A DNA stretch of 64,000 bases, taken from positions 3,392,001 through 3,456,000 of the forward strand of contig OY730476.1 of NCBI GenBank assembly GCA_963422735.1. The letters run 5' to 3'. Below the pieces are notes generated by a model, which ran no database searches, was not told the DNA's origin, and was given only the letters and a program-made list of their open reading frames with translations. Both the position numbers and the translations under genes were made by a program. The DNA is from Candidatus Latescibacterota bacterium. GTDB taxonomy: Bacteria; Latescibacterota; UBA2968; UBA8231. Positions 8,671 through 18,959 of this stretch are shown here, one piece after another (within the stretch, counting starts at the first letter, position 1; each line of letters begins with the position of its first letter).

Positions 8671-10049
8671 TGTCCGAGCAAAAGATCAACCCCGTCACCG
8701 CCGTCAACCCGACCGTAGTACAGGCCACCTTCGATAAATGGCGCGGCAAGCCCGCCGACGCGGTTGAGGCCCGCCGGGCGGAAGTCGAGCGCGACTTAGA
8801 AAAAGCCTTTGCACAGGCCGGCCCCAACCTCGACTTGGAGAAGATCGACAGCCTCGGCGGCGGCACGTTGCACGACAAGTGCGGCAAGCTGATTGATCTT
8901 CACTCTGAACTTTCCGGGCTGGAGGACGCGCTGAAAGAGCGCAACGAACTGGACCAAGTAGCCCGCGACATCCGCGCCAGCAACCGCGGCGGTGGCGACC
9001 CCGGGTCGCCACAAGTCCAACCCGTGCCCCTTGCACGCCCGGCGTCGCTTGCGGACTTGGTGCGTCGCGATTTCCGCGACCAAGGACTTGGGCTGGGCTC
9101 GCCCGAGTTCGCGGCCGCCGCTGACCGGCGAAGTCTGATCAATACCCTGTCGGTACACGACGACGCGATCCTGAACACGCTGTTTACCACCGACGCGGGC
9201 TGGCCGCCCGCATCGGTGCGCGATCGGGGCTATGTGCCCTCGCGCCGGCACCCCATCCAAGTGATCGACATCCTCCCGCGCAGTTCAACGACCCAAGAGC
9301 TGATCAAATACATGGAGGAGACCACCTATACCAACAGCGCCGCGGCGGTAGCGGAAGGGGCCGCCGCGCCCGAGTCGACGCTAGCACTGACCGAAAAAGA
9401 GGTCGCGGTGCGCAAGTTGGCCACCCACATCCCCGTAACGCGCGAAGAGCTCGAAGACGAGCCCCAGGTTGAGTCGTACCTCAACGAGACGGTGCCCTTC
9501 ATGGTGCGGCAAGCCGCGGACAAGATGGTGTTGGATGGCAACGGCACGGCCCCCAACGTCAAGGGCATACTGAACGTAACTGGCCTCCAGGAACAGAAAT
9601 GGACGCACAAGAGTAGCTCAAAAGTATTAGATAAGCCGCTGAACACGCTCCGCAAGGCCAAGACCAAAATTCGCGTCGGCGGGCGGGCGATGGCGACCCA
9701 TTTCATCCTCAATCCCAACCTCTGGGACGACATCGTGCTGTCGGAGTCCAGTGCGGGTGGCTACTACTACGGCTCGCCGCAGACGGATTTCGTCGAGCGG
9801 GTGTGGGGCCTGCCGGTGGTGCTGTCGGATCATCTGAGCGATGCCACCGACGAGGACAAAGTGGGCGGCCTCGTCGGCGACTTCAGCCCGATGTGGATAC
9901 AGATGAGGATGCGCCGGGAGTTGGAAACGGAGTGGGGCTACATCAACGACGATTTTGTTAAGGAAATCCGCCGTATCAAGGCCAGCATTCGCTTCGCGTT
10001 GGTGGTCAAAAGGCCCCAAGCATTTGCCAAGATCACCCGGCCGTCGTAA
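8670..10049 (+). CDS. major capsid protein (HK97 fold)
   Basis: VAEGAAAPES, KLATHIPVTREELED, LDGNGTAP..GIL, WGLPVV, GDFS, RPQAF. Confidence 0.93.
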   Translation: MSEQKINPVTAVNPTVVQATFDKWRGKPADAVEARRAEVERDLEKAFAQAGPNLDLEKIDSLGGGTLHDKCGKLIDLHSELSGLEDALKERNELDQVARDIRASNRGGGDPGSPQVQPVPLARPASLADLVRRDFRDQGLGLGSPEFAAAADRRSLINTLSVHDDAILNTLFTTDAGWPPASVRDRGYVPSRRHPIQVIDILPRSSTTQELIKYMEETTYTNSAAAVAEGAAAPESTLALTEKEVAVRKLATHIPVTREELEDEPQVESYLNETVPFMVRQAADKMVLDGNGTAPNVKGILNVTGLQEQKWTHKSSSKVLDKPLNTLRKAKTKIRVGGRAMATHFILNPNLWDDIVLSESSAGGYYYGSPQTDFVERVWGLPVVLSDHLSDATDEDKVGGLVGDFSPMWIQMRMRRELETEWGYINDDFVKEIRRIKASIRFALVVKRPQAFAKITRPS

Positions 10050-10061
10050 GAGAGGAATCGC

Positions 10062-10643
10062 ATGGCGAAGATGGCCACGGACCTCGTCTCCATTGATCGG
10101 CTCAAGCAGGAGCTGCGCCTAGGCGGGGCCACTGCAGAAAGCCGGGCGGCCTTCCAAGAGCACGACGCGCTTTTAGCAGCCCAGATTGACGCGGCGGTGT
10201 CCTTTGTCGCCCGCGAGATCGACGCACCGTTGGTGGAGACGACCCAGACACTCTATGTGCAACCGGCCACCGGGCAGCACCCGCTCGTCTTCGACGTACG
10301 CGCCCTCAAGCGCGTCTCGCGTTTCCAATACTGGTCGCTATCGGGTGCGTTGCGCCAAGCCCCCGACGGCTCCATTCGAGTTCAGGACTTAGGCCGGCTG
10401 GTGTTGGCCGGGTTTCGGGGCGGCTCGCACGGGCTCTACCCGCCCGCCACCGGCTGGCCGGCCGTGCGAGCCGGCTCGCTTTTTCGCTTGGAGGTCGCAC
10501 GCGGCTTGGAGATGACCGAACAGACGATGGCCCTCCGACAGGCCATCGTCTTGTGTGTGCGGCAACTGTACGACGGCTACGGGGAGATACGCCCCACGGC
10601 GGCGTTTTACGCACTCATTCAACCCTGGCGGGTGTATGGCTAG
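10062..10643 (+). CDS. head-tail connector (gp6-like)
   Basis: Follows the capsid; LKQELRL..DALL..IDAA and ALRQAIVL..LYD..ALIQPWR pattern. Confidence 0.75.
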   Translation: MAKMATDLVSIDRLKQELRLGGATAESRAAFQEHDALLAAQIDAAVSFVAREIDAPLVETTQTLYVQPATGQHPLVFDVRALKRVSRFQYWSLSGALRQAPDGSIRVQDLGRLVLAGFRGGSHGLYPPATGWPAVRAGSLFRLEVARGLEMTEQTMALRQAIVLCVRQLYDGYGEIRPTAAFYALIQPWRVYG

Positions 10644-10675
10644 GGGAGGGTGCTCTGCACCCTAGGAGATTTCTT

Positions 10676-11209
10676 ATGAATTTTGAGAAGGCTTTCGAGC
10701 GCACCATGCAGTTAGAGGGTGGCTATGTCCTCCACGAGGTGGCAGGCGATAGCGGCGGCCAAACGTATGCCGGCATCGCCCGCAACGCTTGGCCGGACTT
10801 GCCGCTGTGGCAGCAGACCGAGCGGTTGACGAAGGCACCCGACGAGGACATCGTCGCCTTCGTCCAGACGTTCTATCGACAGCAATTCTGGACAAAGATG
10901 CGGCTGGACGAAGTCGAGGCCGAATGCGCTTTTTGCATCTACGATTTTGGCGTCAATTCGGGCACCCGGCAGGCGATACGGACCGCCCAGCGCGTAGCCC
11001 TACCCGATCAACCCACCGAGCACGACGGGCTGGTGGGACCGAAGACGATCGCGGCGATCAATCAGATGGCTCCGGCCGCCTTTATCGCAAAATACCTATT
11101 GAGTCGTGCGCAGTTTTTTGCGGCGATCACGGTGAAGCGACCGGGGAACCTGAAATTCCTCAACGGCTGGCTCAACCGCATACAAACCTGCATGAACTAT
11201 GCGGCGTGA
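10676..11209 (+). CDS. endolysin, glycoside hydrolase family 108
   Basis: EGGY..DSGGQTYAGI, DFGVNSG, DGLVGPKT, FLNGWLNR. Confidence 0.9.
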   Translation: MNFEKAFERTMQLEGGYVLHEVAGDSGGQTYAGIARNAWPDLPLWQQTERLTKAPDEDIVAFVQTFYRQQFWTKMRLDEVEAECAFCIYDFGVNSGTRQAIRTAQRVALPDQPTEHDGLVGPKTIAAINQMAPAAFIAKYLLSRAQFFAAITVKRPGNLKFLNGWLNRIQTCMNYAA

Positions 11210-11562
11210 TGGACCAGCTCCACATTGGTATCCTCTTCGTCGCCGGCCAAGTGCTGTCGATCTTGTCGGCGACCTACTCGCAAGACGCGAAAACAGATCG
11301 GCGGATTACTCCACTGGAGGTGATGTGGTACGGCCCGGAAAAATGGCGCTTTCTGGCCACGGTGTGTTTTCTTGGGGCCATTGCCCTGTTTGCGCCCGCC
11401 GACTGGTATCAACTGTTGCTAGATGTCTCGTACCAAGGGCTGCCCGTCGGGCAGTTCGGCCTGATCGGGTTTAGCTATGTGGCCGATGACGTGTTGTTCA
11501 AGCTCGACCGCATTTGGCGGCGGCATCTCGGGCCGTGGATGAAAAATGGCGCACGCCCCTGA
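11209..11562 (+). CDS. putative holin
   Basis: 117 aa, about three hydrophobic segments, basic C-terminus, overlaps the endolysin stop. Confidence 0.55.
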   Translation: MDQLHIGILFVAGQVLSILSATYSQDAKTDRRITPLEVMWYGPEKWRFLATVCFLGAIALFAPADWYQLLLDVSYQGLPVGQFGLIGFSYVADDVLFKLDRIWRRHLGPWMKNGARP

Positions 11563-11947
11563 GGGGACGTGCAAAAGCGGAGGACAGACCGTGGAAGGCA
11601 ATCGCCCGATCGTGCTGCGGCGACCCGTGTCGCCCGCCTATGATAAGGCGGGGCGGCTGGTGGCCCAAGCCCCAGCGGAGGCTACGGCCTACGCTCGGGT
11701 GTACGATCGCGGCGGCCACGAATTCTACCGCAACCACGCCGTCGGGGCCGAATGGGACCGTCGGTTCGTCCTACGGCGCGACGGCCTAGAGGCCCTCAGC
11801 AACGACTGGCATCTCGTGTACGAGGGGCAGGTCTATGACATTGTTTCCGTCGCGGCGATAGACCGCGATCGCCGCTGGCAGATTGATGCGGTGTATTCGA
11901 CGCTCGAGCACTCCGCCGAAGGCGGTAAAAAAACGATTGAACCGTGA
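11546..11947 (+). CDS. head closure / head-tail adaptor protein
   Basis: LVYEGQVYDIVSV motif and position. Confidence 0.7.
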   Translation: MAHAPEGTCKSGGQTVEGNRPIVLRRPVSPAYDKAGRLVAQAPAEATAYARVYDRGGHEFYRNHAVGAEWDRRFVLRRDGLEALSNDWHLVYEGQVYDIVSVAAIDRDRRWQIDAVYSTLEHSAEGGKKTIEP

Positions 11948-12342
11948 GTAATCGGGAGGCCATCAATGAACTACTGCGTTGTTGCGCCGAGGGGTTGGGC
12001 AACGGCAACGGATTCGATTTGGTGGTAGAGCGCGGCACGGAAACCACTTCGTTGCCGTATGGCATCTTCTGGCATGTGGCTACGTCCGAATATGAGATGT
12101 GGAGCGGGACTATTCCGCTGGAGCATACGTTTGCAGTGACAATTTACGACAAGGACCAAAAGCAGATGCGGACCAGGGACGACCTCTTGCAACAGGCGCT
12201 GGTTACAAGCCCGGCCTTTGTCCGATCGGTCTTTGTCCGCGAGGAAGTCGATGTGGACCCCGAAGGGCCCATCAAAAACGTCCATATACTGGAGCGCCAC
12301 TACGTATTCAAAGCCCGTGGGGAGGTGTGCGTTGACGCCTGA
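11944..12342 (+). CDS. tail completion/terminator protein (putative)
   Basis: Size, LPYGIF motif and position among connector genes. Confidence 0.5.
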   Translation: MSNREAINELLRCCAEGLGNGNGFDLVVERGTETTSLPYGIFWHVATSEYEMWSGTIPLEHTFAVTIYDKDQKQMRTRDDLLQQALVTSPAFVRSVFVREEVDVDPEGPIKNVHILERHYVFKARGEVCVDA

Positions 12343-12814
12343 TATCGAGTCGTTGGGGCTCCTACAAGCCCAAGAGATCATGGAGAGCCTGCCGGCGGAC
12401 CTGGTGGAAAAGGCCTATGCGCGGCCGGCCGTAGCCGTCGAACGCGAAATCGCCAAACGGCTGCGGCGCTCTACCGCCTATCGGGATAAGTCGGGCACCT
12501 TGCGCAAAAACTGGAGGGCGCGACAGACGCCCAAGCGCTACCGGGGGGTACGGGGTGAAGCCAACCAGGTGCAGCTAGCTCAACTACAAGCGGCTCCGCA
12601 TGTCCACTTGTTGGAACGGGGCACGGCCCCGCGGCGCACAAAGCGCGGGCGGCATACAGGTCGGGTCGTCCCGCGCAGGTTTATCGAGCGGGCACTCAAG
12701 CAGATCGCCCCGCGTACGGTGCCGATCTATACGTCGTACTTAAACGGCCCGCAAGGGCTTAGCAAAGTGGTTCGTGAGGCCGCAAAACGTCGACCGCGCC
12801 GCGATCGACTATAA
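12332..12814 (+). CDS. HK97 gp10-like neck protein
   Basis: SGTLRKN, HLLERGT, RRFIERAL; GGGGAGG before TTG at 12332. Confidence 0.75.
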   Translation: MTPDIESLGLLQAQEIMESLPADLVEKAYARPAVAVEREIAKRLRRSTAYRDKSGTLRKNWRARQTPKRYRGVRGEANQVQLAQLQAAPHVHLLERGTAPRRTKRGRHTGRVVPRRFIERALKQIAPRTVPIYTSYLNGPQGLSKVVREAAKRRPRRDRL

Positions 12815-12828
12815 CTAGGAGAAATGCT

Positions 12829-13500
12829 ATGGCTATTAAAAATGTCGCCGGGTTGACCTTTCGCGACGCTAGGCTGGAGATAGGTCTCAATGGGTCAAAA
12901 ACAGACTTCAAGGAGCTGGGCGGCATCAGTGGCTTCCAGTATTCAGGATCCGAGGCGGGGGTGCAAACCTTTCGTCACTGGAACGGGAAGATTGAACATT
13001 TAGACGACCCAGAGATCGGGGATGTGGTACTAACGGCTCCGTGGCTGGCGCATATGCCGATCTGGAAGGACCTGTATGCCGCACGAGCAGACCGCACACT
13101 CCGCACAGTCCAACTCACCACAAAAAAGGAGACGCTGTTTACGGCAGGGCAGAGTCTGAGTCTGAGCATTTCCTCGACGGGAGTAGTCACGTTAAAAGAT
13201 AGCGGCCCGTCCCTCGAGCAGATGCCATATGGGTCTGTCCTCAAGGTAGTCAAGGACAGCGGCTTTGAGTATTTGCCGGTTATCGGAGTTAAAGAGGCGA
13301 AGCCTGTCGTACATCTAGGTGAAGCATCGTCCGGCTCGAGGACGGTCTCTTCGGTGGAGGTGCCTGCCGTCCGAATAGGCCCCTTCGAGGCGAGGTGCCG
13401 GACGATCAGCGGCCCGACCGAAACGGATGGAATGCTGATCGCTGAAATCACGCTACGGCCCATTAAGGCACTGGGTGCCCCGACGATGGTGAGTGCTTGA
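12829..13500 (+). CDS. major tail tube protein (putative)
   Basis: Strong RBS, beta-rich 223 aa, lies before the chaperones and tape measure. Confidence 0.6.
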   Translation: MAIKNVAGLTFRDARLEIGLNGSKTDFKELGGISGFQYSGSEAGVQTFRHWNGKIEHLDDPEIGDVVLTAPWLAHMPIWKDLYAARADRTLRTVQLTTKKETLFTAGQSLSLSISSTGVVTLKDSGPSLEQMPYGSVLKVVKDSGFEYLPVIGVKEAKPVVHLGEASSGSRTVSSVEVPAVRIGPFEARCRTISGPTETDGMLIAEITLRPIKALGAPTMVSA

Positions 13501-13515
13501 TAAAAGGAGGTCCGT

Positions 13516-13977
13516 ATGCCGGCCAGAGATTTATTGGGGCGTCCGGTGGCACCTTTTGTGTCGGACGACCCGCCCTGTACCATCCCGTTGCAAGTGCCCA
13601 AGTTCGGCACTATAGCCCCCACGCTGAAACGCTTGGCGAGCCATTCGCAAAAAGCCATGGTGCTCTTGCGGGGCCGCGATGTCGAGCTCGAAGAACTCGA
13701 AGATATTCACGTTGAGCTGGTCCGCTGTTGCTTGACCGAGGGGATGGATACCGACGAGACGTTTGAGATGCTCGTGGCACTGGGCGTCAACCTAAGCGAC
13801 AGTGTGCATCCGCTGCTGAAGCGATGCTACGCGCTGTGTGGCCTCAAATCGAGCGAGCTGTCCGAGGAGGAACTCCAAGAGATGGCCGCTAAAATGCAAG
13901 GCAAGCTGCTCGACCAAGAAATCACCGATCAGGCCTTCCTCGACCCTACCTCTGGGCGTGCCGCGAATACGGGGTAA
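13516..13977 (+). CDS. tail assembly chaperone (gpG-like)
   Basis: AGGAGG RBS, acidic helical protein between tube and tape measure. Confidence 0.65.
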   Translation: MPARDLLGRPVAPFVSDDPPCTIPLQVPKFGTIAPTLKRLASHSQKAMVLLRGRDVELEELEDIHVELVRCCLTEGMDTDETFEMLVALGVNLSDSVHPLLKRCYALCGLKSSELSEEELQEMAAKMQGKLLDQEITDQAFLDPTSGRAANTG

Positions 13978-14234
13978 CGCTCTCGGCCCTGTACGAGTTG
14001 TCGGCTGTTGAGGTCGCCTGTTATGTAGAGCATCTGATATCCTATCCTCCTATGGCCAAGAAGATGCCGGAGTTGGTGGCGTTCCACGCGCTCAATTACA
14101 TACAGGCCAATTCTAAAAAAGAGGCCCGACTGCCGAGCATGAGCGATCTACTCGAATGGTATGAGGCGGAAGCGGCGGTGGAAACCGATGTGGTGATCAA
14201 CGCCCGCTTGGCGGCCATGGCCCAGGAAGGCTGA
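13893..14234 (+). CDS. tail chaperone gpT-like segment in the -1 frame
   Basis: -1 frame open from 13893 and overlapping the gpG end; reads LWACREYGVTLSALYELSAVE; no clear RBS/ATG. Confidence 0.55.
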   Translation, partial: NARQAARPRNHRSGLPRPYLWACREYGVTLSALYELSAVEVACYVEHLISYPPMAKKMPELVAFHALNYIQANSKKEARLPSMSDLLEWYEAEAAVETDVVINARLAAMAQEG

Positions 14235-14235
14235 C

Positions 14236-17031
14236 GTGGTGGCCCGTCCGTCCATCGTAACCGATTTCAAAGCCCAAAACGCCCAGTTTCTGCAAGCAGC
14301 CCGGCAGAACACGCAAGCGTTGGAGCGGCTGCGTAAACAGATGCGCCGCACCCAACAGCAAGGGCGCACGATGGGCGAGACCCTCCAGCAAGGGCTGACG
14401 TCCTTGGTCGCCGTCACGTTCGCGGCCACCGCCGGCTTTGCCGCGTTAATCCAGAAAACGACGCAATCGGCCAACGACATACTAACGCTGTCGCGGGCCA
14501 CCTCCATGACGGTGGAGGGTATCCAAGACATGGTGGCCGCTTTCGCCACCGTGGGCATAGCGGCCGAGGATGCGCACGACTTCATTCAGACCTTCACCGA
14601 AAGCATCGGCGAGGCCCAACAAGAGCTAGACCGCAAAGGGGTCAGTACGCGCGAACAGGCCCTGTTCGACTTAGGGTTCTCCGAAGAAGACATTCGTACA
14701 TCTCAAGACAACCTCGACGCCTTTATCGACGACGCCATCCGTAGGCTCCAAGAGCTGCCGGAAACAAAGGCCCAGTTTGTCTTGGGCGAACTGGGCTTGC
14801 CCGACCAAGCGCGCCGCTCGCTCGCGCTTCAACTAGACGACGGCCAGACGGTACGAGAACGGGGCCGCAGCCTCGTAGGCGAGGATTTTTCCAAAGAAGA
14901 GCTCGCTCGCCTAGACACGCTGTTTGGCGAGTTGACCGTTTCTGCCGAGCGCTTAGATCGGGCTCTGAAACGGTTCGTCCTCAACAACGAAGACCGGATA
15001 CGGCGCATGATCTCCACCTACGAGCGCGTCGCGCCGAAGCTGATAGACGCCTTCGCTTCGTTGGCCGACGCCGCGCTGAACACCACAGAGAAGCTGTTGG
15101 ATTTTTTGAATGCGCTCGGCACGAAGAAAGATGAAAAGGGACAAAGCCAATTGACCGGCGAAGATGTCGTGGGCCTGTTGTCCCTTGCGGTAAGCGGCCG
15201 AATGGCGGGCAAGCTCGTGCGATCGGGCCGAGAGGCGGCAGGCAAGCTCGTGCGATCGGGTGCCGGTCAGCGCACAAGAGAGGCAGAAAAGAAGCTGTCT
15301 GATAGGCTCCCGAAGCATGCTCAACAGTTCTCCCGGCTAGTGCATTCCTTTTTCAGGCCGCTGGCCACGGCTGGGAAAAAGCTCTTAGGCCCTCTTTCTA
15401 GGATCGTTGCGCCTCTTCTAAGAATCGTTGCGCCTTTTACTTTGCTGACCCCGGTGATCAAAGCACTAGGAGGGGCCCTCCTTGCCTTGCTAGGAGGGCT
15501 AGTAGGGATAAAAGCGGCGATTGTCGCGGTGGGGACGATAGGTATAGCGGCGGTGGCAGATGAACTTTTCTTCGATGGTGCCGCCCGGAAGTATCTGAGG
15601 CGAAAAATCGCCGGTTTTTGGAACGACCTGTTCGGGGAGGCGGCCGAGGAAGAAAAGAAGCCAACAAAGAAGCCAACAAAGAAGAAAGAACTTCCGCCGT
15701 GGGAAGGTGCACCCGAACCGCGCGACTACACGCTCGACCCGCCGCGGAAGCGCGATCCATTCCGTCAGTTCCTCATTGACCAGCAGAGGGACCTCTACGC
15801 GGAGATCAAGCAGTTGGAGCGATTCGCCGAGGCCGCACAAAAAGCGGCTGAAGGCGACGAGCAGGCTCTCAAGTTTTTTAAGTCCCAACAAGAGCGCAGC
15901 CTAATGACCTTGCAGGCGGCGACGCGCCAAGCGAGCCGCGACATCGAATTCGAGCAATTGTCCGAAGTGGTAAAGGAGCGGAATGACCAGATCATAAAAG
16001 ACCTAGAGAAACAGATCGTCGAAGCCGATCGACTTGCCGAGTTCGCCGACGACCCGACGCTCAAGAATCTGAAAAGGCGACTCGCCTTGGCGCAAAAGCA
16101 GGCGGCAACCGATCAGGTACTACAAGAGACGGAGTACTTGCAGGACAAGTCTTTTGTCGAGGTCCTGATTAAAAACCAAAAGGCGGACCTCGCCCTACAG
16201 CTAGCAAGGCAAAAGAGACTCAGCGAGCTGCAGGACGATCCCGAATATCTGAAGTTGGTCGATCAGATAGCCCAAGCAGCGTCGGAGAGCCAGCTATCGC
16301 AACTAGAAAACCAGCTCCGGGTGTTTAACAACGCCGACTCAGTGCGCAAGCGCAGGCTGACGGCCTTGGCACAATTGGATTTGCAAATAGCCCAAGCCGA
16401 GGACGCCTTGAAGCAGTTGCCCTCCACTCGTGAGCACCGGCGCAGCCTAGAACAGATACAAGCGGCACACCAGCTCGCGCTGACGCAGGAACAGATAGCC
16501 AACTTTGCCGCTGGAGCGGAAGGGCGCCATGCACAGCGGACGGCCCAAGTCCAACTCGATTTTTTGCAGCGGGCCGAACAGGCCCAATGGCAGCTAAATC
16601 ATCTGCATCTCGATTACTTTGATATCGCACGAAGTGGCTTGTTCGATCTAGTCACGGGGGCCAAGTCGCTGAAGCAGACGGCCCTATCGTTCATCGAGCG
16701 GCTCTATCAGAAAACGACCGAACGCTTCCTCGATGCGACCCTGAACCAACTCTTTGCGGCCCGTAGTGGTTCGCCTAAGCCGAATCCATGGCTGTACCAC
16801 CAGTCTTCGTCCCCCGGGCAGCTCCGAGTAGCGGCAAAGCCGGTCGTCGAAGCCGGAGCCGAGCCGCTCGCGGTCCATATTGATGCACGCGGCGGCGATG
16901 CCGCGTCCGTCCACCGGGCGATCGACCAAGCAATTCCGGCTATCGCCGCCGCCACCGAGCAGCTCCAACTCGAACGAATGAGCACCGATCCGCAGGCGAC
17001 GCGGCGTTGGAGGCAGGGTATGCAGGGTTGA
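14236..17031 (+). CDS. tail tape measure protein
   Basis: 931 aa, Ala/Leu/Gln-rich helical protein with a central hydrophobic segment; canonical position. Confidence 0.85.
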   Translation: MVARPSIVTDFKAQNAQFLQAARQNTQALERLRKQMRRTQQQGRTMGETLQQGLTSLVAVTFAATAGFAALIQKTTQSANDILTLSRATSMTVEGIQDMVAAFATVGIAAEDAHDFIQTFTESIGEAQQELDRKGVSTREQALFDLGFSEEDIRTSQDNLDAFIDDAIRRLQELPETKAQFVLGELGLPDQARRSLALQLDDGQTVRERGRSLVGEDFSKEELARLDTLFGELTVSAERLDRALKRFVLNNEDRIRRMISTYERVAPKLIDAFASLADAALNTTEKLLDFLNALGTKKDEKGQSQLTGEDVVGLLSLAVSGRMAGKLVRSGREAAGKLVRSGAGQRTREAEKKLSDRLPKHAQQFSRLVHSFFRPLATAGKKLLGPLSRIVAPLLRIVAPFTLLTPVIKALGGALLALLGGLVGIKAAIVAVGTIGIAAVADELFFDGAARKYLRRKIAGFWNDLFGEAAEEEKKPTKKPTKKKELPPWEGAPEPRDYTLDPPRKRDPFRQFLIDQQRDLYAEIKQLERFAEAAQKAAEGDEQALKFFKSQQERSLMTLQAATRQASRDIEFEQLSEVVKERNDQIIKDLEKQIVEADRLAEFADDPTLKNLKRRLALAQKQAATDQVLQETEYLQDKSFVEVLIKNQKADLALQLARQKRLSELQDDPEYLKLVDQIAQAASESQLSQLENQLRVFNNADSVRKRRLTALAQLDLQIAQAEDALKQLPSTREHRRSLEQIQAAHQLALTQEQIANFAAGAEGRHAQRTAQVQLDFLQRAEQAQWQLNHLHLDYFDIARSGLFDLVTGAKSLKQTALSFIERLYQKTTERFLDATLNQLFAARSGSPKPNPWLYHQSSSPGQLRVAAKPVVEAGAEPLAVHIDARGGDAASVHRAIDQAIPAIAAATEQLQLERMSTDPQATRRWRQGMQG

Positions 17032-17033
17032 TC

Positions 17034-17654
17034 ATGGGCGATACCGGCATCCTCTTTCCTGAGCCGACGTACCTGCGCTCCTTTTCCCCGCCGGTGCTGG
17101 CGCCCATCGAACAGGTCGTGCATCGGTCTAAGTGGACCGGTCGCACCTTCGTGTACACGTACGCCGCGGTGTGGTCGGGCAAGGTCTGGCTGCGCCGATT
17201 TAGCGTCCAGCAAGAAGCGGCCACCGACCGCTTCAATCCGGTCTTATTCAACATGCTCGTCGGCCAACAGAATACCTTTGACCTGCAATTGCCTCTGCCG
17301 ACCCTCCCCCTGCGCAGCAGGGGCACAGCGACCTATGCGCTGGATGCCGCCAGCCAAACGCTGCGGTGGACACCCCAGAATAAGAGGGACCTAAACGGTA
17401 CGTTGGTAGGCCAATTCTGCTCCATCGGCGGACGCGTATATCAGGTGTGGAAAACACAGGAGACCGCCGCCTATCTGATACCGGACACCATCCCTCCGGC
17501 GGACGCCGTACCCCAGTCGCTGAAGCCGTCGGCGTCCGCCGAGGCACGGCTGCGGGCGCACATAACCTCGCACACGATGGGCCAAAATGACTACAACGAA
17601 CTGGAGGGGCCCTTCACCTTTACTTGGGAGGAGGTGCTCCAGCCCCCGGAGTGA
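17034..17654 (+). CDS. distal tail protein (putative)
   Basis: First gene after the tape measure; ends FTFTWEEV. Confidence 0.5.
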   Translation: MGDTGILFPEPTYLRSFSPPVLAPIEQVVHRSKWTGRTFVYTYAAVWSGKVWLRRFSVQQEAATDRFNPVLFNMLVGQQNTFDLQLPLPTLPLRSRGTATYALDAASQTLRWTPQNKRDLNGTLVGQFCSIGGRVYQVWKTQETAAYLIPDTIPPADAVPQSLKPSASAEARLRAHITSHTMGQNDYNELEGPFTFTWEEVLQPPE

Positions 17655-17659
17655 TTGCT

Positions 17660-18154
17660 ATGGCCAGAGAGTATATTCTGCTGGAGATTGATGCGCCCGA
17701 CGACCCGCTGCGCTACTGGTCTGGCGACGAGGATAGCGACTTGGCCGATGGGTTGCTATCTGAGGGGGAAGGCCCCTATACGGCTGTGGAGGTGCTCAAC
17801 GTCGAGCCCCTAGCAACCACGCGAAGCAATGCGATGCCGACACTGACGGTGCACCTGTGCTTGCAACCGACGGACGCCGGCTATGAAGTGCTCCGCACCG
17901 CCGAGCAGGCCCTCGACGGCTTGGTGCGCCTGACCGACGATCGGACGCTCCAAACCGAACACTGGCGCTTCTGGGGCCGCACCCGCCGGCGGAGCCTACA
18001 GGCGGGCTTGTTTACGTTGGAGCTGGTGCATGTTGCGGCGAGGTTTCTCGAAGATGACCCGAACCCGGCCGTATGGAATGCCGAGCGCGACAAGGGGTTT
18101 GAGTTCTTGCAAGCGACCGCTGAGCGCTTAGACGCGACGACGTGGCCAGACTAA
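17660..18154 (+). CDS. minor tail protein (putative)
   Basis: LLEIDAPDDPLRYWSG and DKGFEFL motifs; position. Confidence 0.5.
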   Translation: MAREYILLEIDAPDDPLRYWSGDEDSDLADGLLSEGEGPYTAVEVLNVEPLATTRSNAMPTLTVHLCLQPTDAGYEVLRTAEQALDGLVRLTDDRTLQTEHWRFWGRTRRRSLQAGLFTLELVHVAARFLEDDPNPAVWNAERDKGFEFLQATAERLDATTWPD

Positions 18155-18170
18155 CGAGCGAAGGGGCGAA

Positions 18171-18959
18171 ATGACCTCACGCATCACAAGAGGCGAGCTG
18201 GCGGCGGCCGGCTTCCAAGCCGGCCAGGCATGGCTCACTAAGGCCTCCCTTTTGGGCCTTAGCACCCCGTGGACGGCCGCTGGTGTGGCCGGCATCAGCC
18301 TGCTGCATGCCTTCTTCAACAATCCCAAACCCACCGTAGCCTTAGACGATGGCCAGCAGTCGCCCGACAAGGCGCAGACCTATCCCGACGAGCCGCCCTT
18401 CGCCCAATGGGCCATCGGCCCTGCGCTGGTCGGCGGAGCCATCGTCTATGCCCACATCAACCGCTTCAAGGGGCCAAACGATAAGAAGCGGCGCAAGGTG
18501 CTGCATCTGGCTATTGCGCTGACCGAAGGCAGCCTGCCAGAGCCTGACATCCTATACGTCTGGATCAATGGACGGCGAACGGAGTATGAACGACAGGAAA
18601 CTTCGGACGGCCACCTGAATCCGGATGGGACGACCACCGACTGGTATGAGCCGGTATCGGACGATTCCGGTGCGAGAGTGTTTGTGGGATATGGGGACGA
18701 TAGTAATGGTGAGTGGAAGTTTACATCGATATGGCCCCTAAAAAATGAGTATTGGTCTCCCCGCGCCGGCGATATCCACATAAGCCCCCGAAAGTCCGTT
18801 CAAGATAAAGATAACTTCGTCCTTCGGGTCGTCAGTCGGTTCATCAAAAAAACCGATGGTGCTATGGAGTTAAAGACCATTAAAGAGGTCTACTTTAACC
18901 CCCTAGAGGTCAGTGTTATGCACTCAAGCACAACCACGGCAGCTACGCGCTCAAGATAA
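18171..18959 (+). CDS. tail tip (J-like) protein N-terminal part, apparently truncated
   Basis: Hydrophobic Gly/Ala N-terminus, [24 protein letters not shown]; only 262 aa. Confidence 0.6.
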   Translation: MTSRITRGELAAAGFQAGQAWLTKASLLGLSTPWTAAGVAGISLLHAFFNNPKPTVALDDGQQSPDKAQTYPDEPPFAQWAIGPALVGGAIVYAHINRFKGPNDKKRRKVLHLAIALTEGSLPEPDILYVWINGRRTEYERQETSDGHLNPDGTTTDWYEPVSDDSGARVFVGYGDDSNGEWKFTSIWPLKNEYWSPRAGDIHISPRKSVQDKDNFVLRVVSRFIKKTDGAMELKTIKEVYFNPLEVSVMHSSTTTAATRSR

